Below are positions 1 through 11,285 of a DNA stretch of 64,000 nucleotides, piece by piece; position 1 is the stretch's first letter; every line of letters starts with the position of its first letter. This DNA comes from Macrostomum lignano. Its lineage: Eukaryota. The notes under the pieces are model-generated. The model was not told where the DNA came from, made no database searches, and was given only the letters and a program-made list of their open reading frames with translations. The stretch is taken from assembly GCA_002269645.1 (NCBI GenBank), contig NIVC01000199.1, positions 496,001 to 560,000 of the forward strand, in the 5' to 3' direction. The position numbers and the translations under genes are program-made.

Positions 1-2
1 GC

Positions 3-350
3 GGTTCGGCTGCGACGACAGCCGCCCTGCGCACCGTCCTGCAGCCGCTGGAGTCGTCACTCGGCGCTTGCAACGTTTTCGAGAAGCTGGACGGTCCGGA
101 CATCACCGAATGGGCGAGCGTAGGCGTCCCAGTTGGCAATCTGGTCACGCAGAGGACGGGCGAGTCAGCCGATTTCTACTTCCAATTTCATCATTCTCGC
201 GGCGACACAGTCAGCGTGCAGGACCCGTTCGAGATGGACCGCTGCACAGCCGTGATGGCCGTGGTGGCGTTGAACTTGGCGGATGCCAGCACCATGTTGC
301 CGAGGGGACCGGAGCAGGCTGCGGATAAGGAGCCCCGTCTGGAAGCTTAG
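3..350 (+). CDS. CPQ: Carboxypeptidase Q (M28 family), 3'-terminal coding portion; 5'-partial
   Basis: Frame 3 (not in the ORF track) reads GSAATTAALRTVLQPLESSLGACNVFEKLDGPDITEWASVGVPVGNL...FYFQFHHSRGDTVSVQDPFEMDRCTAVMAVVALNLADASTMLPRG...*. It matches the CPQ C-terminus (GVP, YF.FHHS.GDT, D...MLPR). TAG at 348-350. Confidence 0.85.
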   Translation, partial: GSAATTAALRTVLQPLESSLGACNVFEKLDGPDITEWASVGVPVGNLVTQRTGESADFYFQFHHSRGDTVSVQDPFEMDRCTAVMAVVALNLADASTMLPRGPEQAADKEPRLEA

Positions 351-383
351 AGATAGACGCCATACAAGTAAGGCCACACTTTC

Positions 384-760
384 GGAAGTTTAGCTTTAAC
401 CTGTCCTGGAAGTTTAGCTCTCTAACCTGTCCTGGAAGTTTAGGTCTAACCTGTCCTGGAAGTTTAGCTCTCTAACCTGTCCTGGAAGTTTAGGTCTAAC
501 CTGTCCTGGAAGTTTAGGTCTAACCTGTCCTGGAAGTTTAGCTCTCTAACCTGTCCTGGAAGTTTAGCTCTCTAACCTGTCCTGCGTTTAGGTCTAACCT
601 GTCCTGGAAGTTTATCTCTCTAACCTGTCCTGGAACTTTAGCTCTCTAACCTTTCCTGGAAGTTTAGCTCTAACCTGCCCCGGAAGTTTAGGTCTAAACC
701 GTCCTGGAAGTTTAGGTCTAACCTGTCCTGGAAGTTTAGGTCTAACCTGTCCCGGAAGCT
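384..760. repeat. Minisatellite, 24-26 bp unit (GGAAGTTTAGCTCTCTAACCTGTCCT), just downstream of the CPQ stop
   Basis: Tandem copies visible directly; the 638..838 ORF is its translation. Confidence 0.9.
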
Positions 761-1152
761 AGGGAATAAAGACAAACGGAGTTTTTTCAGAAATCTTTGC
801 ACTATCCTACAATAAGATGGATAAACTGCAATAAACAAATATGCTATCCGATGACTAGTTTAATAACTGTTTTATGTTTGAAATAAACTTAACCAGAAAC
901 AAAAAGGTGCGTACATTGTTTCTTGCCCCAAAAATACGAGTCTAAGTGTATGTGTACGAGTGTGTTCATTTAGGCAATGTTAAAAATGTACATGCATATG
1001 CAAGGCACATCACTAGCTGGGTTGCGCAGGCGTGGATTTGTGAAAGAGTATTTTGTTATCCTTACACAGTTCACAATATTTAAACATGCAGCAGTGATAA
1101 GTGCAAAAGTATGATGCTTATTTGACTAATATGACTCAAAAGTCCTCAGTCT

Positions 1153-1700
1153 TCAGTCACTGCTGAACATCAACTTAAGCAAGTCTTCGGCGTCGAACTG
1201 CGGTTGATCCAGATCGAAAGGCGGCGAGGACAGCGACGAGCTGATGGGCGACTGGCTGTCTGGCGTCTCGGCATCGTCAGTCATCAGGATGTCCAGCCCG
1301 TCCAGCTCCGTTGACATCAGTGGCAACAGTTCGTCCCTGGGATCCGAGGCTGGCGACTGCAGAATTCGGTCCAAATCGACGTCGCGATCGAGACAGGGCA
1401 ACTGCTGCAGCTCTTGCTGGTCGGCTTCGTCTGGCTGTTCCAGCGTTGCCTCTTCTTCATCGTTGTAGTCTGCTTCTTCGAGGCCTGACTCGTTGGGCAG
1501 CAACAGTCGGTACACTCTGTAGGCGTTGCAGCCTCTTGACTGGCTGAGAGTGGGCTCGTAACGGATGTACCGGCTGCCGCGGAGGGCGCAACGAAAGTTC
1601 TGCTTTAGTCTCTTGTAGTCTGGAATTTTCTGTAGTTTCTGCTTCTTTTTGTTGTTGCCACTGTCAGGCAGGTGCGAGTGAGCTTGCAGACAGTCGGGAA
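1153..1700 (-). CDS. IRF-family transcription factor, exon 2 (end of DNA-binding domain plus acidic tail)
   Basis: Acceptor TTTCAG|TT at 1700 is phase-compatible with exon 1. Encodes PDYKRLKQNFRCALRGS...NAYRVYRLL, resembling IRF PDPKTWKANFRCAL...YRVY. Confidence 0.75.
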
Positions 1701-1884
1701 CTGAAATTAATAAATGTGAGGTAAGCTTACACATTTGCTTTTAGAGGGCAATGTAATATAATCAAAAGTAATAAATCTTGACTCATCTCAGTTGTATCTC
1801 AGTCCCTACACGGCAAAACGTACCTATATCTTATAATTCACAATAAGCAATAAAAAGTAATAGTTCTGCCACTCAGCCACTCAC

Positions 1885-2086
1885 GTCTTGCTTGGTGATA
1901 GGCCAGAAAAACGTTATCCTTCCTGCTAGCAATGTTGCACGACCACGATTGTCCGGACTTGTGAGACCAGCTGACCTTGAATAGCCTCTGCTGAGGAGTA
2001 ATGAGCCACTGCAGACCGTGCAGATCGCCCAGATTCAAGTGCCGTCTGAGCCATTTGTCGATGCGTTGCTTTTTGTTGTACTGCAT
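1885..2086 (-). CDS. IRF-family transcription factor, exon 1 (tryptophan-cluster DNA-binding domain)
   Basis: MQYNKKQRIDKWLRRHLNLGDLHGLQWL...LFKVSWSHKSGQSW...VFLAYHQAR shows IRF W-repeat spacing. Donor C|GTGAGT at 1885/1884; 202+548 nt = 249 aa plus stop. Confidence 0.75.
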
Positions 2087-2698
2087 GATTTTTATTGCGC
2101 CAGAAAGGCACCGTAAGGTTTGTGCAAGCTTCGAATTATTAAATACTAACTGTAAACTTCACTTGGAATATCCAAGTCTAGACCTAGTCCGTTCTAAGCA
2201 GACTGACGGCCAGTCTGCACTCGGAAAATCCAACCAGCAACCACCCCCTCAACGTACAGCAGCCCGTACGCAAATGTACATTAGTGCTGAACGTACAGTG
2301 AAAAGGATTCCCATACGAGATTTCTTGATGCTATTTTTGACTTAAAAACAGCCCACTACAGGAGAGGGTTGAACAGGGTAGAAGAATAACTTAAGTCGCG
2401 AATTTCCAGTAAAAATGAGCTGACTGCGTCAGATTTAAAAATAAGAGCGTGGCAGACAGACAGCTGGACTATGACAATTTTTCATTCTATAATGTACAAA
2501 CAAAAAAGTTTATCGGGCACTGTACACGTATCAGAATTATCTAATTATTAGATAATTAGATAATCACTAATTAATTATCTAATTAATTAATTATAATTAA
2601 TTAATCAACTAGCATTTGCCTGCAAACAAGAGACACGTGTATAGACGATGCGCATAATAACTACAATGTATCTACTTTTCACGAACAAGAAACCTAAC

Positions 2699-3615
2699 GG
2701 TAGATTGTGTATATGGTTTTGTCATAGACAATGGTAGATTGTGTTTATGGTTTTGGAGGTAGACAATGGTAGATTGTGTTTATGATTTTGGAGGTAGACA
2801 ATGGTAGATTGTGTTTATGGTTTTGGAGGTAGACAATGATTAATTTTTCACGAGTGGCGCAATCTACCATTGTCTACTTCCAAAACCATATACATAATCT
2901 ACCATTGTCTACTTCCAAAACCATATACATAATCTACCATTGTCTACTTCCAAAACCATATACACAATCTACCATTGTCTATGACAAAACCATATACACA
3001 ATCTACCATTGTCTACTTCCAAAACCATATACATAATCTACCATTGTCTACTTCCAAAACCATATACACAATCTACCATTGTCTATGACAAAACCATATA
3101 CACAATCTACCATTGTCTATGACAAAACCATATACACAATCTACCATTGTCTATGACAAAACCATATACACAATCTACCATTGTCTACCTTCAAAACCAT
3201 ATACACAATCTACCATTGTCTATGACAAAACCATAAACACAATCTACCATTGTCTACCTCCAAAGCCATATACACAATCTACCATTGTCTACCTCCAAAA
3301 TCATAAACACAATCTACCATTGTCTATGACAAAACCATAAACACAATCTACCATTGTCTATGACAAAACCATATACACAATCTACCATTGTCTATGACAA
3401 AACCATATACACAATCTACCATTGTCTATCACAAAACCATATACACAATCTACCATTGTCTATGACAAAACCATATACACAATCTACCATTGTCTACCTC
3501 CAAAATCATAAACACAATCTACCATTGTCTACCTCCAAAATCATAAACACAATCTACCATTGTCTATGACAAAACCATATACACAATCTGCCATTGTCTA
3601 TCACAAAACCATATC
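2699..3615. repeat. Minisatellite, ~34-37 bp unit (AAAACCATATACACAATCTACCATTGTCTATGAC); a short inverted block (2699..2838) faces a long forward block (2861..3615)
   Basis: The left block reads as the reverse complement of the right-block unit; 22 bp spacer. Confidence 0.9.
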
Positions 3616-4049
3616 CGCAAGCACTATGTCACATGAATGTATTTTAGTAGCCTTAAATAATGATCTTATAGAAGCTTTGAATCTACCATTGATCGTACAG
3701 CATTAGACCATGAGAGCAGCATGGACAAACAATTATGAATTATCTAAATGGATCCTTTTGTTTTATTTTCAATTCGCTTTTTGCCTATAAATATTGAAAA
3801 ATGAACGTTTATAAGGCATCAAATGCAATATTGCGACACGTTTACTATAACTAAAAACATCTAACAATGTTATTCTTAGCTACTGATAGTAAGTAGTAAC
3901 GAATCAATAAGAGTCGATTTGAACGTACAGAAACTGTTGCGATAAGTAGTTTTTGAATAGGTGTCATTTAAATAATTAACTGTTTGTGATTTAACAGAGA
4001 GCAGAGTTAATTAACTCGTGCGTGTAAATAACAATTGTATTCCCAAGCA

Positions 4050-4680
4050 TCAGCTGTAGTGATTCTGCAAGATCCTGGCCAGCCTCATAGAGGGATACTG
4101 CGGCACAATAAACGCAAAGCACTGGAAGTAGATAAGAAAGCAGGTGCTGATCATCAGAAATATCACGGGCCAATTGGCCGCCTGTGGTGGCACATCTCCC
4201 AGGCCGATGTGGAATATTGACTGCACAATGAGCCACAGCTGGTCCTTCAGAGCCAGCTGCCTTTCGCTAAAGGAAAACACGGCCCAACAGACGGGGAAAA
4301 TCACAATCATCAGCACCAGATTGCTCAGGTAGAATCGGGACCTTCTGTACACATCCGCGTTGCGTATTCTGACAGCCCACAGCACCATCATGGTTCTGTT
4401 TGACCGGCTCTCCACCTGCTGCCCGTGCACCCAACGGCGATAGCAGTAGAGCTGGAAAAAGTAAAACAAATGATAGAGCTGGTGGTGGTACATGTACCAT
4501 ACCGGAACCACAATTAGCATGCACAGGCTGGCGCAGAAGTACTGCAGCTCGGAGGCGCCAGCAATGTCCCCATAGCCAATGAGCGACACCAGGGTGACGG
4601 CGTAGTACATCGACTGGGTGAAGGTCGGCCTCAGCTCGTGTTGTTTGATCGCGTTTTTTATGTCCTTGTAGACCAGGTTT
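4050..4680 (-). CDS. Two-pore-domain (K2P/KCNK-like) channel, exon 2 (P1-M2-M3-P2-M4)
   Basis: TFTQSMYYAVTLVSLIGYGDIA (pore 1) and LKDQLWLIVQSIFHIGLGDVPP (pore 2), with hydrophobic segments in K2P order. Acceptor CGTAG|A at 4680 is phase-compatible with exon 1. Confidence 0.8.
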
Positions 4681-4719
4681 CTACGCGTTGCGGTTAGGAT
4701 ATTATTAATTTTTACAAGT

Positions 4720-5024
4720 AATAATAATGCATAATAATTGATTACGCCTGCCCCAATTGGGCCAGATGTGCAACCGACAGCTCAGCCGCAGCTATTGCGC
4801 GGCGCATCTGAAGGCTGCGTACGGCTGTTCAGTCCAAGGACTGGGGGGTCGCCACACACCCTCAATTACCCCAGCTAATGCTGGCACCCATTTTACATCT
4901 GGGTGAACTGAAGCAATGCAGAGTTAAGCGATCTTGCTCAAGGACACAAGTTGTTACGAGGTGGATCGAGAATCGAACCCCCAACCTTGAAGTCGCCGAC
5001 GCTCGAACCACTTTGCTACAACCC
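4720..5024 (-). mobile_element. tRNA-derived SINE with CORE-like central domain, in the K2P intron
   Basis: The minus strand has A-box TAGCAAAGTGG and B-box GGTTCGATTCT. These are followed by TGTGTCCTTGAGCAAGATCGCTTAAC...TGCTTCAGTTCACCCAGATGTAAAATGGG (resembles the MIR CORE) and an (ATT)n-like tail. Confidence 0.7.
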
Positions 5025-5413
5025 TAGGCCGTAGTTTAAGAGGGTTTTTTACTACAAATATTCAATTTTACAAGTAAACCCTCCAAGATAAATAATAATA
5101 TATAGAAAAACTGGGCGCTTCAGTTCTAGTTTCAGTTCGAGAGTTCGTAGGGGGGGGGGGGTTGTGGCCCTGCCACGAGCTCAGCGCAACTGTACATGTA
5201 GTTAGAGGAGTTTGGCTATTTTAAAAGCTTCCAGCTTCTTCAAAACTCGTCAAAATGCACTGCAGAGTTGTAATTTATCTAAACGTTCAACCGGTGCTTC
5301 ATAGAAAGCGATATTGCTATTGCTATCCAAACAGCCCAGGGGCTATTCGAACAAAAGTAGGCGACATACCAAAGTAAAACCCTTACTTAACGCACATGAC
5401 TATACGAGCTCAC

Positions 5414-5889
5414 CTGCCTAGCTGTCTGAGTCGACTCAGCTTCTCAGCTAGCAGAGTTTTATTCAAATCTGCTTTGCCGGACATCTGAACAACCTCAGCC
5501 AGAGAGCGATTGTACTCAGCCTCTCTGGCCTTCAATAGCTTGTACCGCTCACTGTCGGTGTGTCCGTTCCTGTTGACATAGTAGAACACAACGGCAATGA
5601 GAACGGTGAGCAGGCACAGGAGGACCAGAAGAACGGCGGATATTTCTAGACTACGCAGCACCGAGTCCAAGAGCTTGTGCAGTTGAAACCGTCGCCGAAT
5701 GTTATCCAACTGCTGGGCGATGCTTGCGCGCAGTCGGGTTGTGGCCCTCGGCCGGGCTCTCTGCAGCTGCCGCCGCCGCCGCCGCTGCTGCTGCGGTTGC
5801 TGCGGTTGCTGCTGCTGCTCCCCGCTAGCACCAGACTGTCCGGTGGCTCCAGAGGCTTCCGTTGGACTACTCGAGGCCAGATCTGTCAT
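5414..5889 (-). CDS. Two-pore-domain channel, exon 1 (N-terminus, M1, cap helices)
   Basis: TM segment ISAVLLVLLCLLTVLIAVVFYYV is followed by a cap-like helical region. Donor AG|GTGAG at 5414/5413; 476+631 nt = 368 aa plus stop. Confidence 0.75.
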
Positions 5890-6399
5890 AGTAATTCTTG
5901 TAGATAATCTACATCTATATATGAAAATAAATTCTTACCGACAGAAAAGACAAGCTGTCTCTTCAAGCTTGTTGTCAATCAATTTGCTTTTTTTCTGATC
6001 GGCAAGCATTTTGGCCATAGACTGCGTCACTAAGGCTGACTTACTTGACTTAGCTTAGCTGCAGGATGGTCGCTTGACACAGCGGGGAGGCGAGAGTCGC
6101 CCATTCCGCCCACCCCCTAAGGCCCGCAGACAGGCAGAGGCGTGGAACCGGTCAGGATGGTCCGCTAGTCAGTCCTGCAGCGGGATCTTCAGGATCTTTG
6201 AAGAACGTGGCTCGTCTTGTCGCTCGGAGGAACTGGATGAGCCGTGGGATGCTGAGTTCCAAGCATGGATTATTAAAATGAAAAACAATGTAGACAATCA
6301 TTTATTGAATTAACTTTCTGTTTATCTCTATCATTCCAAAGTTGCGCAGATGACCCGCAACCCGCCTAATCAGGGAAGCTGAGATTCGAGACCACGTCC

Positions 6400-8250
6400 C
6401 TCCGGAAATCCCCGCAGATACAGGCCTTCCACTATCCTGGTCAGCCTGTCTGCCACCCAACCCCCTGGAGAATGGCAACAAGCCCCTTCCTCCAAAAACC
6501 CAATGCGTAATGCACCAATGCGTAATGGACCTGTAAATTTCGTGTCAACACCAAATGCGCGCCCATTGCTTTATTCTCGAACATGTCAGAGTCAAACGAC
6601 TCAGATGTGAAAGTGTCAGCACCCGAGGTGTTATATTCCTCGGTTGCTACACCTGTGAATAACCAGAAATCGGAAAAATCCCAAAAAGCGAAGTATCGAA
6701 AGCAAAAGTTAAACCAAAAGAGTTGCAAAGCAATTGTCTTTGGAGGCATTGAACGCCGAGAAGTTGATTTTCTACTTGACACCGGAGCCGGAAACTGCTT
6801 TCTGAGCATGGACCAAAGTGATCAAGACAGCGAATTCATACCGCTGTGATCTCCGCTAACAGCGCGATAAGATCCCTATCAGATTAGCCGAAGACCATGA
6901 GTTCAATCATCGATCGGAGAAGGCGTGAGAGCCAAGGAGTAGACAGGTGTGGATATGGCTCCGAAATTGGTCACCAATAAGAGACGGCACCGCCATCGTG
7001 GATATTGTCAATCGACACCCTGTCGAAGTAATTTAAACTACTGCAGCCAAGCCCATGAAGGCCAAGGACCTTGTCTACTGGAATATACGAGTTATCGCCC
7101 GCCAAGCTCAGTCAACTGAAGATGCTTTGGGTAAGTGAACTCAGTATTGGTGCTGATTTAACTGAAAGCTGTGATTGACCTCGTGAGAGAGCACCGCGAA
7201 GCAATATCCCAGCATGACCTAGACATGGGACTGACTCATCTAGTAACTCATGAATGTTTTGAGAATATGAGAACCTGTCAGAAACTCTACCCGCTGCATC
7301 CCTCCTCATCTCCAAAAGCAAGTCGATGCCCAGCTCAACTAGACGACATGCTTGCCAAAAGTCACCCGCCCCTGCTATTCTACCTACTCCACTCCACTAG
7401 TCAGTTTGCAGAGAGCAAAGATACGATCGAATCCCTCAATGAAGTGGAGATTCCTCCAGCGAAAACGTGGGTACACGGCAAAATCAGAATGGGATCGGCT
7501 AAGTTGTTACCCAACCCCTTGCAGAGAGAGCGAATTGTTAATGCCCAGCGAGAAAACCCAAATATTCGCACCCTGTTGAATTGGAAACTCGAAGGCAAAG
7601 GCAGAGATAAACCGTGCCATGGGGGGAAAATAAAACCAGTTCAGAACTGAATCGATTAAGCAAATTCCATGAGCAAATAAAGGTTGAAAATGAAATGCTC
7701 ATTATTGAAGAAGAAGGAACCAGTAAACCTCATCGGTCCACTGGGCCCAGACTCGAGGCGCCGGGAGGTTCATATTGGCCGGGATATATATACGCCCTAG
7801 GAGGACCAAATCGGAGTTTGTACTCGAGTACCCTAAGTCTCTCGTCGATTTGCACGCGCGACAGAGGCTGAAAACCATCTTCGGTCGGCAGCAAAGGGAT
7901 TGTGGACAGGTACACGGCGTGACTGCAGCGCCTGACGGACCCATTCATCAAGGTGAAGTCGGCCGAGCCAATCGGGGACAGTTATATATGATGCTCGAGT
8001 ACAAGCCCCGATTGGGCGGTGCTGGCGAGCGCAATTTTAGTACGAGAGGTTCCCTCACGGTTAAAAGCATCTACGCTACTCCCACACAAGGGGGGGGGGT
8101 TACGCTCTGGAGGTCCCGAACTATTTGGGGGGGCTGATGATGCCCTCTATTCGAATCCGGTGTTCAAAAGTAGCTTAATGACTACATGTAGATTTAAAAT
8201 TGAAAATAGACAAGGGCTGGTTTAGCCTCCCTTTTGCTTGCCGTAGTTGT
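6400..8250 (+). mobile_element. Degenerate, internally deleted Gypsy-type LTR retrotransposon relic
   Basis: Aspartic protease motif VDFLLDTGAGNCFLS (~6770-6810); RT-start-like DMGLTHLVTH; linker NAQRENPNIRTLLNWK; integrase N-terminal-like YWPG; G-rich PPT-like tract ~8090. Many stops and frameshifts; boundaries approximate. Confidence 0.65.
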
Positions 8251-8699
8251 GCTTGTGCCTAATCTGAGTCAATACATTTACCAGCCAATATCCTCGTGTG
8301 CATTTTTTCTAATATTGGCACCTAAGACGGCGTAAGACGGCTCTAGAACGTTATATTACAGTAGGTGTTTCGTTTTCCCAGCAAATGCGCCTCAGCGGTA
8401 TCTGAGGTGAGACAAACACGGTGTTCATCGCATTCGTGTAGACGAATATGGTTAACTAATTCGCATTGAGAACTCTATACATTTTTATCTGCTAACATCA
8501 GTAGTTAAACTATAACTGGTTTTACTCTTTTTTTAATAGCACATTTCTTTAGTCCGGCTAAAAATGGATTTAAAATCACAATAGTCTTATTTGAAGCCTA
8601 CAAGTGGAGAATATATAAGATTAAACTCGTAGCCTAGAGCTTACGACTCACGACTGCGGTTATAACAATGCAATACAGTTATAATTATTGGTCTGTGGC

Positions 8700-9362
8700 T
8701 CTCGTATCCCAGCCATTATGGGGTGAGCTCTGCTAGTAGACTCCACCCCACGGTGGACCCACAACCGCTTAGGAGAGAAATTGAAATGCATGGTCCAGTC
8801 CAGGCCAGTTGTGCCTACATGATAGTGCGTGCACAGACAAGATTAATCTTCAGTTAATTAAATAGCTTGCTAACTGGAAAAGGAACCCACCCAGCTGTAA
8901 AATGGGTACCAGCATTAGCTGGGATAACTGAGGGTGTGTGTGGCAAACGCCCTCCCAACCTTGCATTAGCTGCGGTTGAGCTGTAGGTTGCATTATCTGC
9001 CCATATATCTGTATATTTGCCTGAGCAAAAATAATTATTGTTATCCATACAGGATACTCCAGCTGCTCCACTGGTTGCTATGCTCAGTGTCCCTTCCTGG
9101 CGTGCGCCAGGAATAGAATTCGCTGGCTCAGCCCAAAACCGCTAAACTAGCTGGTCGCTTGGAGACGCTCTGCCCTCGCAGGGGTGGCGGAGGGGGGTTG
9201 TAACGCATTGGTTGGATGCGGCTCCCCTTCTATGCTTCCGTCCCTTGCAGCACTTTTAGTCCCCTCCCCGTCAACGGTACATTATTTTGCTAATCTCCGG
9301 GAGGGACCCGTTGCCAGGGGGGAGTCCACGGCCGCTATTGATCGGTGGCATTTTCCATGCTC
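8700..9362. repeat. Interspersed repeat of unknown class, copy 1, interrupted by a SINE fragment
   Basis: Shares CCCAGCCATT, CTATGCTCAGTGTCCC, ATTCGCTGG.TCAGCCC, CTGCCCTCGCAGGG and GCTATTGATCGGTGGCATTTT in colinear order with 13485..14055. Confidence 0.7.
8888..9045 (+). mobile_element. 5'-truncated copy of the CORE-like SINE
   Basis: CACCCAGCTGTAAAATGGGTACCAGCATTAGCTGGG...TAGCTGCGGTTGAGCTGTAGGTTGCA matches the reverse complement of 4760..4905. Confidence 0.65.
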
Positions 9363-10138
9363 CCGCAAGGTTGTTCTGGCTGGCTGAGGTGGCAGAGGCG
9401 GCTCAAGGCCCGTCTCGTTGCTCCTGCTAGCTACCGTTTGTTCTTCTGTCAGTAACTCTATTTTATAGCACCCATCTGCCGTAAAAAAATGAACTAAAAA
9501 AATTGAAGGGTTTCGCTTCAACAAGAATGCTAAGGTGCTAGCTGTTACTGTCAATATTAACTGTCTGTCTGAGCGCGAGTACGAGTATATTGACTAGCAA
9601 GTTGACCCCCTTCGGGTGCGAAATGCACATGTTAAAGAGCTAAAATTGGAGTTCGAACTAAAAATCCTAAAAAAATTATATGGGCAAAGAGACAAACAAA
9701 AAATGCAAATAATACTTTCTTGCGATATAATGCAACTTTGACCGAGAATATATAATGTACTGTTGGTCTTCTGATTTATATTTCTAGGTAAAAATGAAAG
9801 GTAAAATGTTGGACTTCCAGTTTTTGATGGATTTTAAAACGATTTTTTGCTTAGAGAGATAATACAAACAGCTAGCTGGGTCGAGTGATAACCATTGGGA
9901 GGTGCGCGAACAGGAACGAAGGTTAAGTGAATTTTATTGACTCAAAAATTGTCTTGACGTTATATAGCAGAGGGTTAAAGTTTTTATTTAGACAATATAT
10001 AGCATCCTTCTCCGACATGTGTTGTTATTTTCATAATGTTTTCTTGGCTGATTTTCGCATTTTCACGGTAGATTTTTCTTTCTCAAGTTCGATTCAAGAG
10101 TCGCAACGAGCGCGACACCACAGTGCTCAAATCTCTTG

Positions 10139-10542
10139 CTAACCTTGGATTTTATAGGCCATAAACTCGCAGATGGTGACCGGCTCTGCCGGATTGCTGC
10201 GACTCAATATGCGGATTTTCGAGCCGTAGGCGTTGCAGGAGAAGTTGGAAACGGAGAATGGAGCGCTGAGCCTCACTTGGTTGCACACGGACCCGTCCAC
10301 AAGGATGTCGAACTTGTTTAGTCGATGACCACAGCAGTCCAGTCTGTTATAGATGGTGACGAATGACACGAGGGATGGAGTCGTGAGACTGGCCTCCCAC
10401 CACTCATTGAGGTTTAAATTAGTGTGACTGCAGGAGAGGTTGTGATAATATTGATTTGCTACGCCATCGATGGCGCGGCTGCACGGCACTTTCGATGAAC
10501 TCTCTTGGCAGGTGGAAATCGGCAGTTTCTCTGGTGTAAAAT
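10139..10542 (-). CDS. F-type lectin (fucolectin) domain, exon 2 of a secreted lectin
   Basis: SRAIDG...SCSHT...WWEASL...VTIYNRLDCCGHRL...TICEF contains the exact fucose-binding motif H-x26-R-x-D-x4-R. Acceptor TTACAG|AT at 10542. Confidence 0.85.
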
Positions 10543-10774
10543 CTGTAATATAGAAACGCTCGACCGGGTTACATCAGTAACGTTTCAATGTTTACATTTT
10601 GTTTTCAATCTGTATGCATAATTATTGTCTCAAAATCTTCAACTTAGGAACATGCAAGCAGTTTTGTCTAATTACCTGGCTGATGAGATGATGGATTTAA
10701 TCAAACGCAATACAGTGACGTTGGTAGGAAATTTAATTGGAGGGACCGCAACCCAAAGGGGCGCCAGTATTTGG

Positions 10775-11210
10775 TGTCTTGGTGGGCTGCCCCTGTCTCT
10801 TGGTGGGCTGCCCCTGTCTCTTGGTGGGCTGCTCCTGTCTCTTGGTGGGCTGCTCCTGTCTCTTGGTGGGCCGCTTCTGTCTCTTGGTGGGCTGCTCCTG
10901 TCTCTTGGTGGGCCGCTTCTGTCTCTTGGAAGGCACCCCTGTCTCTTGGTGGGCCGCTTCTGTCTCTCGGAAGGCACCCCTGTCTCTTGGTGGGCCGCTT
11001 CTGTCTCTCGGAAGGCACCCCTGTCTCTTGGTGGGCCGCTTCTGTCTCTTGGAAGGCACCCCTGTCTCTTGGTGGGCCGCTTCTGTCTCTTGGAAGGCAC
11101 CCCTGTCTCTTGGTGGGCCGCTTCTGTCTCTTGGAAGGCACCCCTGTCTCTTGGTGGGCCGCTTCTGTCTCTTGGAAGGCACCCCTGTCTCTTGGTGGGC
11201 CGCCCTGTCC
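10775..11210. repeat. Minisatellite, 21 bp unit evolving into a 42 bp dimer (CTGTCTCTTGGTGGGCCGCTT / CTGTCTCTTGGAAGGCACCCC), in the lectin intron
   Basis: Tandem copies visible; source of several spurious ORFs. Confidence 0.9.
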
Positions 11211-11285
11211 TTGTGGGAGCTGCTGTCTCCTCTCTGCCTACGCCACTGCGATTACGCAATATGCAATTGTGATCAGATGACCCAC

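Noticed and set aside
4960-5024. tRNA genes here and at 33487..33560
   Set aside because: A/B boxes are present but no complete cloverleaf, and both continue into SINE-like bodies.
7730-7951. Minus-strand ORF with an RFGPP integrase-like word
   Set aside because: All other Gypsy motifs are on the plus strand; probably a chance antisense match.
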